A DNA stretch of 48,830 bases, taken from a virus. Shown piece after piece: positions 34,968 through 42,585 of this stretch. Location: IMG/VR virus record IMGVR_UViG_3300034069_000920, positions 1 to 48,830 of that record; one strand, 5' to 3'. A program made the position numbers and the translations under genes. The notes beneath the pieces are model-generated. The model had not been told where the DNA came from and made no database searches. It worked only from the letters and a program-made list of their open reading frames with translations. Numbering within the stretch: the stretch's first letter is position 1; the number at the start of each line of letters is the position of its first letter.

Positions 34968-35528
34968 ATGAAAATGGCGCTTCTGGCGATCGGCTTGGTA
35001 ATCGCCTCCCCTTGTGCCGCGCAGCTCATCAATCCCGGCGCGAACCCGGCAGATGTCGCGCAGGCGCAGGCGCTGGCGCAGGCCGCCCAAGCCGCAGCGG
35101 CGACGGCAGCAGCCAATGCCTGCGCACCAGCATCCAGCGTACCACCGATCGAGCAGCCGGTCGGCACAGCGGGATCAGCCCAGACCTGTCGCCGATCGGA
35201 CGCCGTTCAGACCCGCATCACCCGCGTCACGATGACGACCTCGGTCGCCGGCGGGCTCGTCTCAGGATCGTGGTCAACACCCCTGCCTGCCGCGCCCGCG
35301 GTGATCTTCGAGGCAGTCAACGCGACAGCTGCTCAGCCAATCTTCTGCAACCTGACTGCCACGCCGACGACCACTACCTTCGCCGGCAAGTGCTGGATCC
35401 AGAACCCGCCGGTGGTGACGCTGTCGGGACTTACCAACGCGGGCACCACTGGTCTGACGCTGCCTGTCACGACGACGGTCCCGGTCGGCACGCAGGTCTT
35501 CGCCTTCGCGATTCCGACCACGCAGTAG
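34968..35528 (+). CDS. Secreted Ala/Thr-rich protein
   Basis: Internal ATG (MKMALLAIGLVIASPCAAQ) of ORF 34803..35528. It is the last gene before the late terminator. Confidence 0.55.
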   Translation: MKMALLAIGLVIASPCAAQLINPGANPADVAQAQALAQAAQAAAATAAANACAPASSVPPIEQPVGTAGSAQTCRRSDAVQTRITRVTMTTSVAGGLVSGSWSTPLPAAPAVIFEAVNATAAQPIFCNLTATPTTTTFAGKCWIQNPPVVTLSGLTNAGTTGLTLPVTTTVPVGTQVFAFAIPTTQ

Positions 35529-35558
35529 CGGGTCCGCTGGCCTTCCTTCTCCCCACCT

Positions 35559-35592
35559 AGAGCGCTCGAGCTTCGGCTCGGGCGCTCTTTTT
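35559..35592 (+). terminator. Rho-independent terminator ending the long rightward (late) transcription unit
   Basis: AGAGCGCTCGAGC (35559-71), TTCG loop and GCTCGGGCGCTCT (35576-88) form a 13-bp stem with one G-T wobble, followed by TTTT. Confidence 0.8.
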
Positions 35593-35649
35593 GCGTCCGG
35601 CAACCGAATCGCTTTCCTACAGTTCCGCTTTCGTTCCACAGCGACCCGC

Positions 35650-35934
35650 ATGGACGACATAGACCAACCGCTCGCCAATCTCATCGGCCACAACGTCATG
35701 ATCTCCACGCGCTGCGGCTGCACAAAGGTGGTGGACATGTCACCTGAGCGGCTGATCAGGAAGCTTGGCAAGGGCGCTACGTTGCGGATCGCCGCATCGC
35801 GCTTACGCTGCCGGACCTGTCGGCAGCGTCCTACCGTCTCGCTGGATCGGACGTGGGAGACCAGCGGGAGCCGAGATAGGCGTCAAGATCCGGTGCCGCT
35901 GCCGGAGTGGGCTCGGCAGATGCTGGGCCGGTGA
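35650..35934 (+). CDS. Small Cys-motif protein (zinc-ribbon-like), stand-alone gene after the late terminator
   Basis: 94 aa with high GC3. It has paired Cys motifs RCGC and RCRTCRQRP. No clear SD is present. Confidence 0.55.
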   Translation: MDDIDQPLANLIGHNVMISTRCGCTKVVDMSPERLIRKLGKGATLRIAASRLRCRTCRQRPTVSLDRTWETSGSRDRRQDPVPLPEWARQMLGR

Positions 35935-35979
35935 TTCCCTCCCCACAGACGGCGTGTTCGTGGTCGTTGGGCATGGTCA

Positions 35980-36453
35980 TTATTCCTTGGCTGGGGCGGC
36001 GAGCATGGGCAACATCGGGGGCATGGAACCGATCCGATATGCCTCTGCGATCTGCGGCCGCATCCACTCGCTGACGGTTCGTTTATCGGGCAAGACGATG
36101 TTCGCCATGAACTCGTCTTCGAACACACTAATGCCGCTCTCGACGGCTTCCAACTTCGCCTTGATGACGAGAGCCAGTGCACGCCAGCGCTGCCGCGATG
36201 CCTGCTCCCATTCCTTCTTAGCCGCCTCGGGAGCGCGGATGCCCCGGCTGTGATGGGTGAACTTCCGATCGTTGCGATCAGGCAGCGGAAGGATGAAACG
36301 GATGTGCCGGCCATCCATGCGGAAACCGATCACGGCAGCATCGTCCTGCCAGCCGTAGAGGAACTGGTCGGCGCCATACCGCTCCAGTGTCCGTTCTATC
36401 TCGTCGCGTGACTTTGAGGTGCTGACCTCCGTGCTGGCTGCGTACCGGGTCAT
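35980..36453 (-). CDS. Conserved hypothetical phage protein
   Basis: 157 aa and the last gene of the minus-strand array. Contains the conserved-looking RQRWRALALVIKAKLEAVESGISVFEDEFMANIVLP. Confidence 0.6.
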   Translation of the reverse strand: MTRYAASTEVSTSKSRDEIERTLERYGADQFLYGWQDDAAVIGFRMDGRHIRFILPLPDRNDRKFTHHSRGIRAPEAAKKEWEQASRQRWRALALVIKAKLEAVESGISVFEDEFMANIVLPDKRTVSEWMRPQIAEAYRIGSMPPMLPMLAAPAKE

Positions 36454-37181
36454 GCCCCCTCCCCCGCATCGGTTGCCGGGGCGGCGGGGAGTGGTTCGTC
36501 ATCCATCGCCGTCAGTTCGGCCAACGCTTTGCGGCGAGGCGTGTCAAACAGCTCTTCCCGCGCCCCATGCTGGCGGGCGAGGGCTTCAAGAGCGGACAGC
36601 ATCCGAGCGCTGGCGTCCACCATGCCGTTCGAGTGCGCTTTGTCCTGCTTCCCGACTTCCGAAGCATCACGAACGATTTTGGAAACGGCTTCCCGCAACG
36701 CCTCCACCACCCCCGGTGCGGCCTCTGCCTGCGCGGGCTCGTCGCGCTTCAACAGCATCTGTAGCCGCAGCGCCATTTCGAGCAGCGTGCCGATGTGCCA
36801 GCGCCACACCAGCGCGGTTTGGTCTGGCACATGCGGTTGCTGTTTTACGTAGGCTTCACGCACCGCCAGCCGCGACGCCTCGTAGCGATCGGTCGGCCTT
36901 TCCGTCTTGAGCGGATCAGGGCCAATGTCAGGCCATTCGTGCGGCGCGGCCTCTACCTGCTTGAGCGCGGTTACGATGGCGGGGCGGGTGTTCCAGGCTC
37001 GGATAGCCCAAGCTTCGCTCGCGATATCCCAGCTAGGCGTCTGATTGGCGGGGCATTTCTTGCACTGGACTCCAACGGTATTGCGGCCAGCATCAAGGGA
37101 TATTTCAGCCTCCCCGCCACAGAACGGACAGGGTGCCAGCGCCTCAATCTGCGCCGTGATCGTGGGGGTGGGATCAGTCAT
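36450..37181 (-). CDS. Lar-family (restriction alleviation) zinc-ribbon domain fused to a C-terminal domain of about 175 aa with unknown function
   Basis: The N-terminus LAPCPFCGGEAEISLDAGRNTVGVQCKKCPANQ...AIRAWNTRPA matches the Lar-family pattern CPFCGG...C..C...AWN.R. Total length is 243 aa. Confidence 0.65.
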   Translation of the reverse strand: MTDPTPTITAQIEALAPCPFCGGEAEISLDAGRNTVGVQCKKCPANQTPSWDIASEAWAIRAWNTRPAIVTALKQVEAAPHEWPDIGPDPLKTERPTDRYEASRLAVREAYVKQQPHVPDQTALVWRWHIGTLLEMALRLQMLLKRDEPAQAEAAPGVVEALREAVSKIVRDASEVGKQDKAHSNGMVDASARMLSALEALARQHGAREELFDTPRRKALAELTAMDDEPLPAAPATDAGEGA

Positions 37182-37362
37182 AACCTTGCTTCCTCAACTC
37201 TTTGATGCAGTCATCGTAGGATCGGATCATCTGCCGCTCGGTCACACACAGACGGAATTCAGTGCACTGGCTGCGATTGGTCCAGGTGCGAGGGCCGTAC
37301 TCAAGATGCTCGTGCCACGTGTCGCCGCACTTGCAGATGTCGCCGGCCTTGAATTTAGGCAT
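37174..37362 (-). CDS. Small Cys/His-rich protein
   Basis: The ATG (MPKFKAGDICKCGDTWHEH...) is preferred over TTG 37377. It has 8-nt overlaps on both sides. GC is lower by eye. Confidence 0.45.
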   Translation of the reverse strand: MPKFKAGDICKCGDTWHEHLEYGPRTWTNRSQCTEFRLCVTERQMIRSYDDCIKELRKQGYD

Positions 37363-37612
37363 CACCCTGTCCTTCAAGGTAGACGCGCACGGCGAGGCCA
37401 GCGCTTGTCACGTAACAATTACCGACAACATCAACGCCGATCAGGCCCATGTTGAGCAGTGCATTCGTGCTGGCGATTGATGTACAGGCGCGAATGTCTC
37501 CGAGCGCGCTGGCCCATGAAATGCCTCGCTCACGAAGCTTTTGTACGCCAGCGAGACGCTTGACCTGCGCTCTGCTCAACCCAGCCGCGATGGCCGCGAT
37601 ATCCCCGCTCAC
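37355..37612 (-). CDS. Hypothetical protein
   Basis: The GTG start overlaps the upstream stop (GTGA) inside ORF 37355..37681. Confidence 0.4.
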   Translation of the reverse strand: MSGDIAAIAAGLSRAQVKRLAGVQKLRERGISWASALGDIRACTSIASTNALLNMGLIGVDVVGNCYVTSAGLAVRVYLEGQGDA

Positions 37613-37971
37613 TTGGTGGGCTCCTTTGAGAGGGCGCGGGCGATGTTCGAAGACGCATCTTTCGCGCCAGCGTGCCACCACTCCGCGTCGGTTCTTTTCG
37701 CGTATGATGCTGCCATACGGAGATCATCCGAGGCCGACTGATGCGATCTGGCTATCATTTCAGCGCGGCTTAACCCCTCCCGCACGCCTTCCGCACGGCC
37801 GGCTTCGAACGCGGCGGCACGGTGGCGGGCGAAGGCTTGAACGGTCCCAGTATCATCCTCAAACCCTTCAAGGATGCGGTCTACTGCCGCGCCAGTGAGC
37901 AGGCGCGCAACGAGGGCTGCAACTTCGCGATCGATCTCCTCGACCTGCTGTACTTCCGGTTGGGGGATCAT
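37609..37971 (-). CDS. Hypothetical protein
   Basis: The internal ATG (MIPQPEVQQVEEIDREV...) of ORF 37609..38214 is coupled to the upstream stop by ATGA. Confidence 0.5.
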   Translation of the reverse strand: MIPQPEVQQVEEIDREVAALVARLLTGAAVDRILEGFEDDTGTVQAFARHRAAAFEAGRAEGVREGLSRAEMIARSHQSASDDLRMAASYAKRTDAEWWHAGAKDASSNIARALSKEPTK

Positions 37972-38615
37972 GCGGCAATCCTTTCGATCACAGGGGCGTC
38001 GGCCTCGGGGAACGCACGTTGTCGGAGTTGTCGGCACACGGCTTCGACGATCTCGCGCCCGGTCATGTGCCAAGTCATCTCGCGGATGAGCCAGGGCATG
38101 GTGGCACGAGAAGAAGCGGCAATTCGATGACGCACCGCCTCGGCTAAAAGCTCGGGGCGCCAGCACATTTCGAGCAAGCGTCTGGCGTGTGGCTGTGGCT
38201 GTTCGAACCGACATGGGGACAGATACCAGCGCCCGTAAAGGTAACGATCGGCGACCTCAGGATAAGACCATGTCTCGGCCGATGAACCGTCACAGCCAGA
38301 GGCAAGTTCGGCGCTCGGGACAAATCGCGGATTGCCGTTGCTGTACGGCGTCTTGTCCCACCAACGCTCGTGCGCAATCACGACAACGTCATGCGCCGCT
38401 CGGGCGAACTGCCGCACCTGTTCCGGCAACCGCTTCAACGTGTCGCGCTCGGATTTGATCTCGACCAGCGTCACCCGGTTGGGCTGCACAGCGGCGAGAT
38501 CGGCGCGGCAACCACCTACGACCAGTTCATGGATAATCCGGGCGTCTGGCAGCATTTCGCGCAACCGCCCGGCAGCATAGTCGCGGATCTCCCGCTCGGC
38601 AGCGGATCCGCTCAC
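37968..38615 (-). CDS. PD-(D/E)XK nuclease-fold protein (MmcB-like)
   Basis: 215 aa. GGCRADLAAVQPNRVTLVEIKSERD gives a D...E-x-K arrangement as in MmcB/DUF1052-type and restriction-type nucleases. Confidence 0.55.
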   Translation of the reverse strand: MSGSAAEREIRDYAAGRLREMLPDARIIHELVVGGCRADLAAVQPNRVTLVEIKSERDTLKRLPEQVRQFARAAHDVVVIAHERWWDKTPYSNGNPRFVPSAELASGCDGSSAETWSYPEVADRYLYGRWYLSPCRFEQPQPHARRLLEMCWRPELLAEAVRHRIAASSRATMPWLIREMTWHMTGREIVEAVCRQLRQRAFPEADAPVIERIAA

Positions 38616-38899
38616 TTCACCATTCCTTCCGTATCTGACGACAGGGGATGCAGGGTGCGGATCAGCGCAACTGCCTGCTCAAGGTCAGCCGCAAACGCAT
38701 CGTCCTTCTCAGCGCTGCGCTGGTGGTCAATCTGCATGCGGACAGCATAGACGTTATGCCCTTCGCGCCCTTTGAACGCCTCCCGCTGCGGCTTGAGCAG
38801 GTCGGCCACGATACGGCTGTTGGCGGCTATCTCGCGCTCAAGCTCTGCCCGTTTGGCTAGACGAACCGCCAGCGCCTCTAACTCGTCGGGGTTTGTCAT
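38612..38899 (-). CDS. Hypothetical coiled-coil protein
   Basis: 95 aa with 4-nt overlaps with both neighbours. Confidence 0.5.
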   Translation of the reverse strand: MTNPDELEALAVRLAKRAELEREIAANSRIVADLLKPQREAFKGREGHNVYAVRMQIDHQRSAEKDDAFAADLEQAVALIRTLHPLSSDTEGMVK

Positions 38900-39675
38900 G
38901 CTGCGATCCGATCAAGCATGTCAGCCTGTACAGGCTGGCGAAGTGCGAGCAGCTCGGTGAAATCAGCGGAGACGACTTCAACCCGTGGTTTCACTCCACG
39001 CCACGCGTTTCGGTACACCTCGCAATCGACGCTTTCGCAGGTCAGTTCGATACCGGTTGCTTTTGTAAACCGATCGTATTTCGCGGAAGATCGATTTTTG
39101 TACTCCCGGCATCCGCTGTACTCGAATGGGACCGAGCCACCGGGCAGAATGAACGTGCCGAAGTCCGCAAGGCATGACGCAACGTCAACCACCGCAAGAT
39201 CGTCCTCGCCGGCATAACGGGGGCTGGCAATCTTGGCGGTTTTGCCGAAAGGCGGGTTCGAGATAGCTCGATCAAAATGACCGATGTCTGCCGGTAGGTC
39301 GTTGACACCGGCGCAAATCCATCGAGCCTCTGGCAGCAGCTTTCGCCCCACATCGACATAGGCCGGGTTGATCTCGACGCACACCAGCTCGAGCGGCGAA
39401 TGTCCCCAGCGCCAATAGCTGGAAAGCGCCAGACAGCCGATGCCTGCGCATAGGTCTATTACTCGCCCACCTTCATAGAGGCCGAGGAACAGCGCCGCAT
39501 CAAGGCCGAGGCCCGATGGCGTAAAGAATGCGCCGGCTGCGGAGTTCACATGGTTCGCCGACTCCTGCCAGTTATCCAGAACGAACTCGCGCTCGTCGTC
39601 CGACAGCCGGTCCTTACTCAAGATCGCCACAGCCTCTTGATGCGCTTTGATCTGCGCTTTGCTGAGGCGGCTCAT
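38896..39675 (-). CDS. N6-adenine DNA methyltransferase, gamma-class order (X-I-IV)
   Basis: Motif X is GAFFTP, motif I is VIDLCAGIGCL and motif IV is SNPPFG. The protein is 259 aa. A GGGAG RBS is present. Confidence 0.75.
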   Translation of the reverse strand: MSRLSKAQIKAHQEAVAILSKDRLSDDEREFVLDNWQESANHVNSAAGAFFTPSGLGLDAALFLGLYEGGRVIDLCAGIGCLALSSYWRWGHSPLELVCVEINPAYVDVGRKLLPEARWICAGVNDLPADIGHFDRAISNPPFGKTAKIASPRYAGEDDLAVVDVASCLADFGTFILPGGSVPFEYSGCREYKNRSSAKYDRFTKATGIELTCESVDCEVYRNAWRGVKPRVEVVSADFTELLALRQPVQADMLDRIAA

Positions 39676-39856
39676 ACCGATGCACTCCCATTTGATGGGG
39701 TGGGGAGACGGCAGCCTTCGACTCGAAAGATCAGCTGCTCATGACCTGCCGGAGCTGACTTTCGCCCTTTCCGACAAAATCGGAGTTGCGTCAGGGTATC
39801 GTTACGGTACAGAGCGAGAAAATGACGTAAGATTTGTTGAAAAGATTGATAAATCA

Positions 39857-39906
39857 GCTGACTCTTAATCAGCGGGTCCTTGGTTCGAGCCCAAGTGCGT
39901 CCACCA
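39857..39906 (+). tRNA. Partial tRNA-Lys(CUU), 3' fragment only = attP core (not a functional tRNA gene)
   Basis: Anticodon stem GCTGA/TCAGC, loop CTCTTAA, variable region GGGTC, T arm CTTGG-TTCGAGC-CCAAG, acceptor 3' strand TGCGTCC, then A and CCA. No matching 5' acceptor strand (GGACGCA) or D arm lies upstream. Confidence 0.75.
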
Positions 39907-39925
39907 TTTTCCACGTTGTTTTCCC

Positions 39926-40495
39926 TCACTTTTTCGCTGCGGCGGCGTTGTCGTCCGACATGTTCTCCGACACGCTTTCCGACAAACTTGGTTTGTTCGC
40001 GGTCTGTTTTTTAGGAGAAATGCGGCGCGCGATCGGACGATTCGCGGGTGATCCAGACGCCTGATTTTTAGCCATGGTGCGCGCCATCACTGTAGGATCC
40101 TCGCCGAACCGTTGCTCGCGGACATAAGCGTGTATGTTGGGGTACCGACTGGCGCCCGGCATCGCCCAGAAACGCTCTGGCACGTCGCGACGCAGGTTCG
40201 ACCACTCGAAATCATACCAGCCGGCGTATCGCTCGCGGTCCTCGTATCGGAAGCCTGTGCGCGCCAGGACCAGCGGAAAGCCCGTGCCGTCCCAAGGGAG
40301 TATACTCTCGACCAGCATGGAGATTGAGCACGGCGCGAGCGGCTTATCCCACATGTGCCAGACAATGCTGCTGACAAACTCGCCTTCGACCACGAATGGT
40401 AGGCGGCCTATTGAGAATGCCGGCGCGGCGGCGGCACCGACCAGCGCGGCGATCGATCCGAGAAATGCCCGGCGGGAAAGTGCAACTTCTGTCAT
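39926..40495 (-). CDS. Tat-signal exported protein (cargo gene next to attP)
   Basis: The internal ATG is coupled by ATGA to the DUF4031 stop. MTEVALSRRAFLGSIAALVGAAAAPAFS is a twin-arginine signal (SRRxFLG). The C-terminal tail is Lys/Ser-rich. Confidence 0.55.
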   Translation of the reverse strand: MTEVALSRRAFLGSIAALVGAAAAPAFSIGRLPFVVEGEFVSSIVWHMWDKPLAPCSISMLVESILPWDGTGFPLVLARTGFRYEDRERYAGWYDFEWSNLRRDVPERFWAMPGASRYPNIHAYVREQRFGEDPTVMARTMAKNQASGSPANRPIARRISPKKQTANKPSLSESVSENMSDDNAAAAKK

Positions 40496-40878
40496 GCCGC
40501 CTGATCCGGCTGAGGATAGCCCTGATCGGCCAGCCATTGCGGCACGTGAGCGGCGGGCGCGAATCCTTTTGAAACATCCGCGAGCGGGCGGATAAGGCGC
40601 AAGGGGTCCACCTTCCCCTCAATCACGGCGGCCATCGCGACCATGCAATATTTGTCGCATTCGACTGCCCCGAACGAGACGGCAAGCGCCCGCCTACTCT
40701 TCGCTATGTCGTAATGCGGCCAAGAAACCTTCCGCATCGTGGCCGGGTTCTGAAACCACTTCCGAGCGACTCCGATGCGATCGGCCATCGCGTGCAACTC
40801 GTCGAGGTTCGGCGAAAACATGTGGCACATGATCATGCGGCCATATCCGTGCGTAGCGTTGTCGACATACACGCTCAT
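40492..40878 (-). CDS. DUF4031 family protein
   Basis: MSVYVDNATHGYGRMIMCHMFSPNLDELHAMADRIGVARKWFQ...HYDIAKSRRALAVSFGAVE matches the DUF4031 pattern. Confidence 0.75.
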   Translation of the reverse strand: MSVYVDNATHGYGRMIMCHMFSPNLDELHAMADRIGVARKWFQNPATMRKVSWPHYDIAKSRRALAVSFGAVECDKYCMVAMAAVIEGKVDPLRLIRPLADVSKGFAPAAHVPQWLADQGYPQPDQAA

Positions 40879-42167
40879 TTTTCGCCCCTCGCCTCATCCA
40901 GCGCGCCAATCTGCGCGATATGCTTCCGCCTGGTGGCGGCGATCCGGCGCGCCTTCTCGGCGTTCGCCTTGTTGTAGATCCGGGTTACGGCGAGCGTCTT
41001 GTGACCGGATACCGGCCGCACGTCGTCTTCGCCCGAATCGCCGATCTCAGTGATGCCGCCATGCCGGAAGCCGGTGAACGTCATGTCCTTGGGCAGCCCG
41101 GCGGCTTCGCAGATCTTTCGGTGGACGCTCGACATGCGCCGCTCGGCGTAGCGCTGGCCGTTGCGCTCCTCGACCACGATCGGGCCGGTGACCGCCTTGG
41201 CGGCGGCGAGGGACCGAGCAAGTTCCTCCTCGAGCTCCGGGTACAGCGGCACGCGCTCGACCCCGCCCTCCTCGCCCGGCACCTCCTCGAACAACGGCAG
41301 CGTCACCGGGTTGCCGGTCTTCGACTGCACGAGCGTGATCTCGGCGCCGGGCTGGTAGCCCTCCCACACGATCGAGGCCCGATCTGGCTCGTCCGGATCG
41401 ACGTAGCCGAACGCATCCGACACGCGTTGACATCCCTCGAAGCACAGCGCGGCGGCGGTCGCCATCGACTGGAAGCCCAGCTCGACCGCCTTCGCCCGGT
41501 ACAGGTTGTACTCGGCGCGCGTCGTCGCGCGGTTGCCCTTGGCCGCGGTGCTCTTGAGCCCCATGCCCATGAAGGGGTTCTCCTTCACGCCGGTGACGCG
41601 GTGGTGCCGCGCCGCCCATGACCAGACCAGCCGGCAGACCTGCATGGCGTAGCTCGCCTGGCGTGGGCCGGTGTCGGCGACGAGCTTCTCGTACAGGCGA
41701 TCGGCGGCGGCGGCGTCGACGTCCCCAGCCTTGCGCTTCCCGAACGGCGGTGCCCCCTTCTTCGTCTCGCGCGCGGCGAGCATATCCATCAGCTTGCCAT
41801 AGTCGGCGCGGGTCTTCGCCTTCTTCGACGTGAACCGCGTCTGCTTGCGATACCATTGGAACAGCCACTCGACCGAGCCGGGGACCATCGACGCGCCCTC
41901 TGCGCCCGCTCGCCAGTCCGCGAGCGCCTTGTTGAGCACGTCCGCCTTGCGGCGCATCTCCGCGATGTCGCTGCCGAGCTTCTCCGACGTCAGCAGCATC
42001 GCCTTGCCGTGGCGCATGGCCGGGGTCATCTCACCGGTCTTCTCGTCCTTCACCGGTCGCGCCCAGGCGGGCAGCTCCCAGTAATAGACGGGATCGCCGG
42101 CGGCGTTCTTCACCTTGCGCACGTATGCGGGCAGGCGATCGAAGGCAGGGAGGCGCTTGCCGAGCAT
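40875..42167 (-). CDS. int: Tyrosine integrase
   Basis: Start at MLGKRLP, overlapping the xis-like stop by 1 nt. The catalytic-region motifs are TFTGFRHGGITEIG and SGHKTLAVTRIYNK. The 47-codon upstream extension of ORF 40875..42308 is rejected. Confidence 0.85.
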   Translation of the reverse strand: MLGKRLPAFDRLPAYVRKVKNAAGDPVYYWELPAWARPVKDEKTGEMTPAMRHGKAMLLTSEKLGSDIAEMRRKADVLNKALADWRAGAEGASMVPGSVEWLFQWYRKQTRFTSKKAKTRADYGKLMDMLAARETKKGAPPFGKRKAGDVDAAAADRLYEKLVADTGPRQASYAMQVCRLVWSWAARHHRVTGVKENPFMGMGLKSTAAKGNRATTRAEYNLYRAKAVELGFQSMATAAALCFEGCQRVSDAFGYVDPDEPDRASIVWEGYQPGAEITLVQSKTGNPVTLPLFEEVPGEEGGVERVPLYPELEEELARSLAAAKAVTGPIVVEERNGQRYAERRMSSVHRKICEAAGLPKDMTFTGFRHGGITEIGDSGEDDVRPVSGHKTLAVTRIYNKANAEKARRIAATRRKHIAQIGALDEARGEK

Positions 42168-42406
42168 CAGTCGAACCACTGGCCGGTATCGGTGGCGGCG
42201 CTGCTCTCGAACATCGCGGCCATGGCGGCGTCGAGATCCACGCGCCGCGCGATCGCCGCGCCGTTCCGCCCACGAGGAACGAATCGCACCGCGCCGCGGT
42301 CGCGCCACTCTTTCATCTGCGCCGCGCTCACGCGCGTATAGTCGAGCGCCTCCGCCTCGGTGAGGGCGGCCGGCCAGTCTGGCAGGCTTGCGAGCGCGGT
42401 CATCAC
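42167..42406 (-). CDS. Excisionase/AlpA-like HTH protein
   Basis: 79 aa, directly upstream of int. LTEAEALDYTRVSAAQMKEWRDRGAVRFVP is an MerR/AlpA-type HTH pattern. Confidence 0.55.
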   Translation of the reverse strand: MMTALASLPDWPAALTEAEALDYTRVSAAQMKEWRDRGAVRFVPRGRNGAAIARRVDLDAAMAAMFESSAATDTGQWFD

Positions 42407-42585
42407 CCCTGCCCTTCCGCGAACCCGGCGCGGATCATCCCCGACACCGCGCGCATAGCGACGGCGATCTCCGGCTGATCGGATGCCTTCAGCTTGTCAG
42501 CATGATCGTCGAGGTAGCGGGCGAGGCTCTCGTCCTGCTCCCGGCGAACCTGGGCGAACGTGCGGCGGCGGCAGGTGCGCTTCAT
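42403..42585 (-). CDS. Hypothetical protein
   Basis: 60 aa with 4-nt overlaps on both sides. Confidence 0.4.
   Translation of the reverse strand: MKRTCRRRTFAQVRREQDESLARYLDDHADKLKASDQPEIAVAMRAVSGMIRAGFAEGQG

Noticed and set aside
39830-39906. A possible complete tRNA-Lys gene.
   Set aside because: Only the segment from the anticodon stem to CCA is tRNA-like. The 26-28 nt upstream (…GACGTAAGATTTGTTGAAAAGATTGATAAATCA) cannot form an acceptor stem with TGCGTCC or a D arm. It was called an attP core fragment instead.
39672-39929. An 85-aa minus-strand ORF across the attP region.
   Set aside because: It runs antisense through the tRNA fragment and the AT-richer att arm, and it has no RBS or coupling to neighbours.
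42168-42308. A 47-codon N-terminal extension of the integrase ORF.
   Set aside because: The extension (MARPRRGAIRSSWAERRGDRAARGSRRRHGRD...) is Arg-rich and overlaps the xis-like gene completely. The ATG at 42167 overlaps the xis-like stop by 1 nt.
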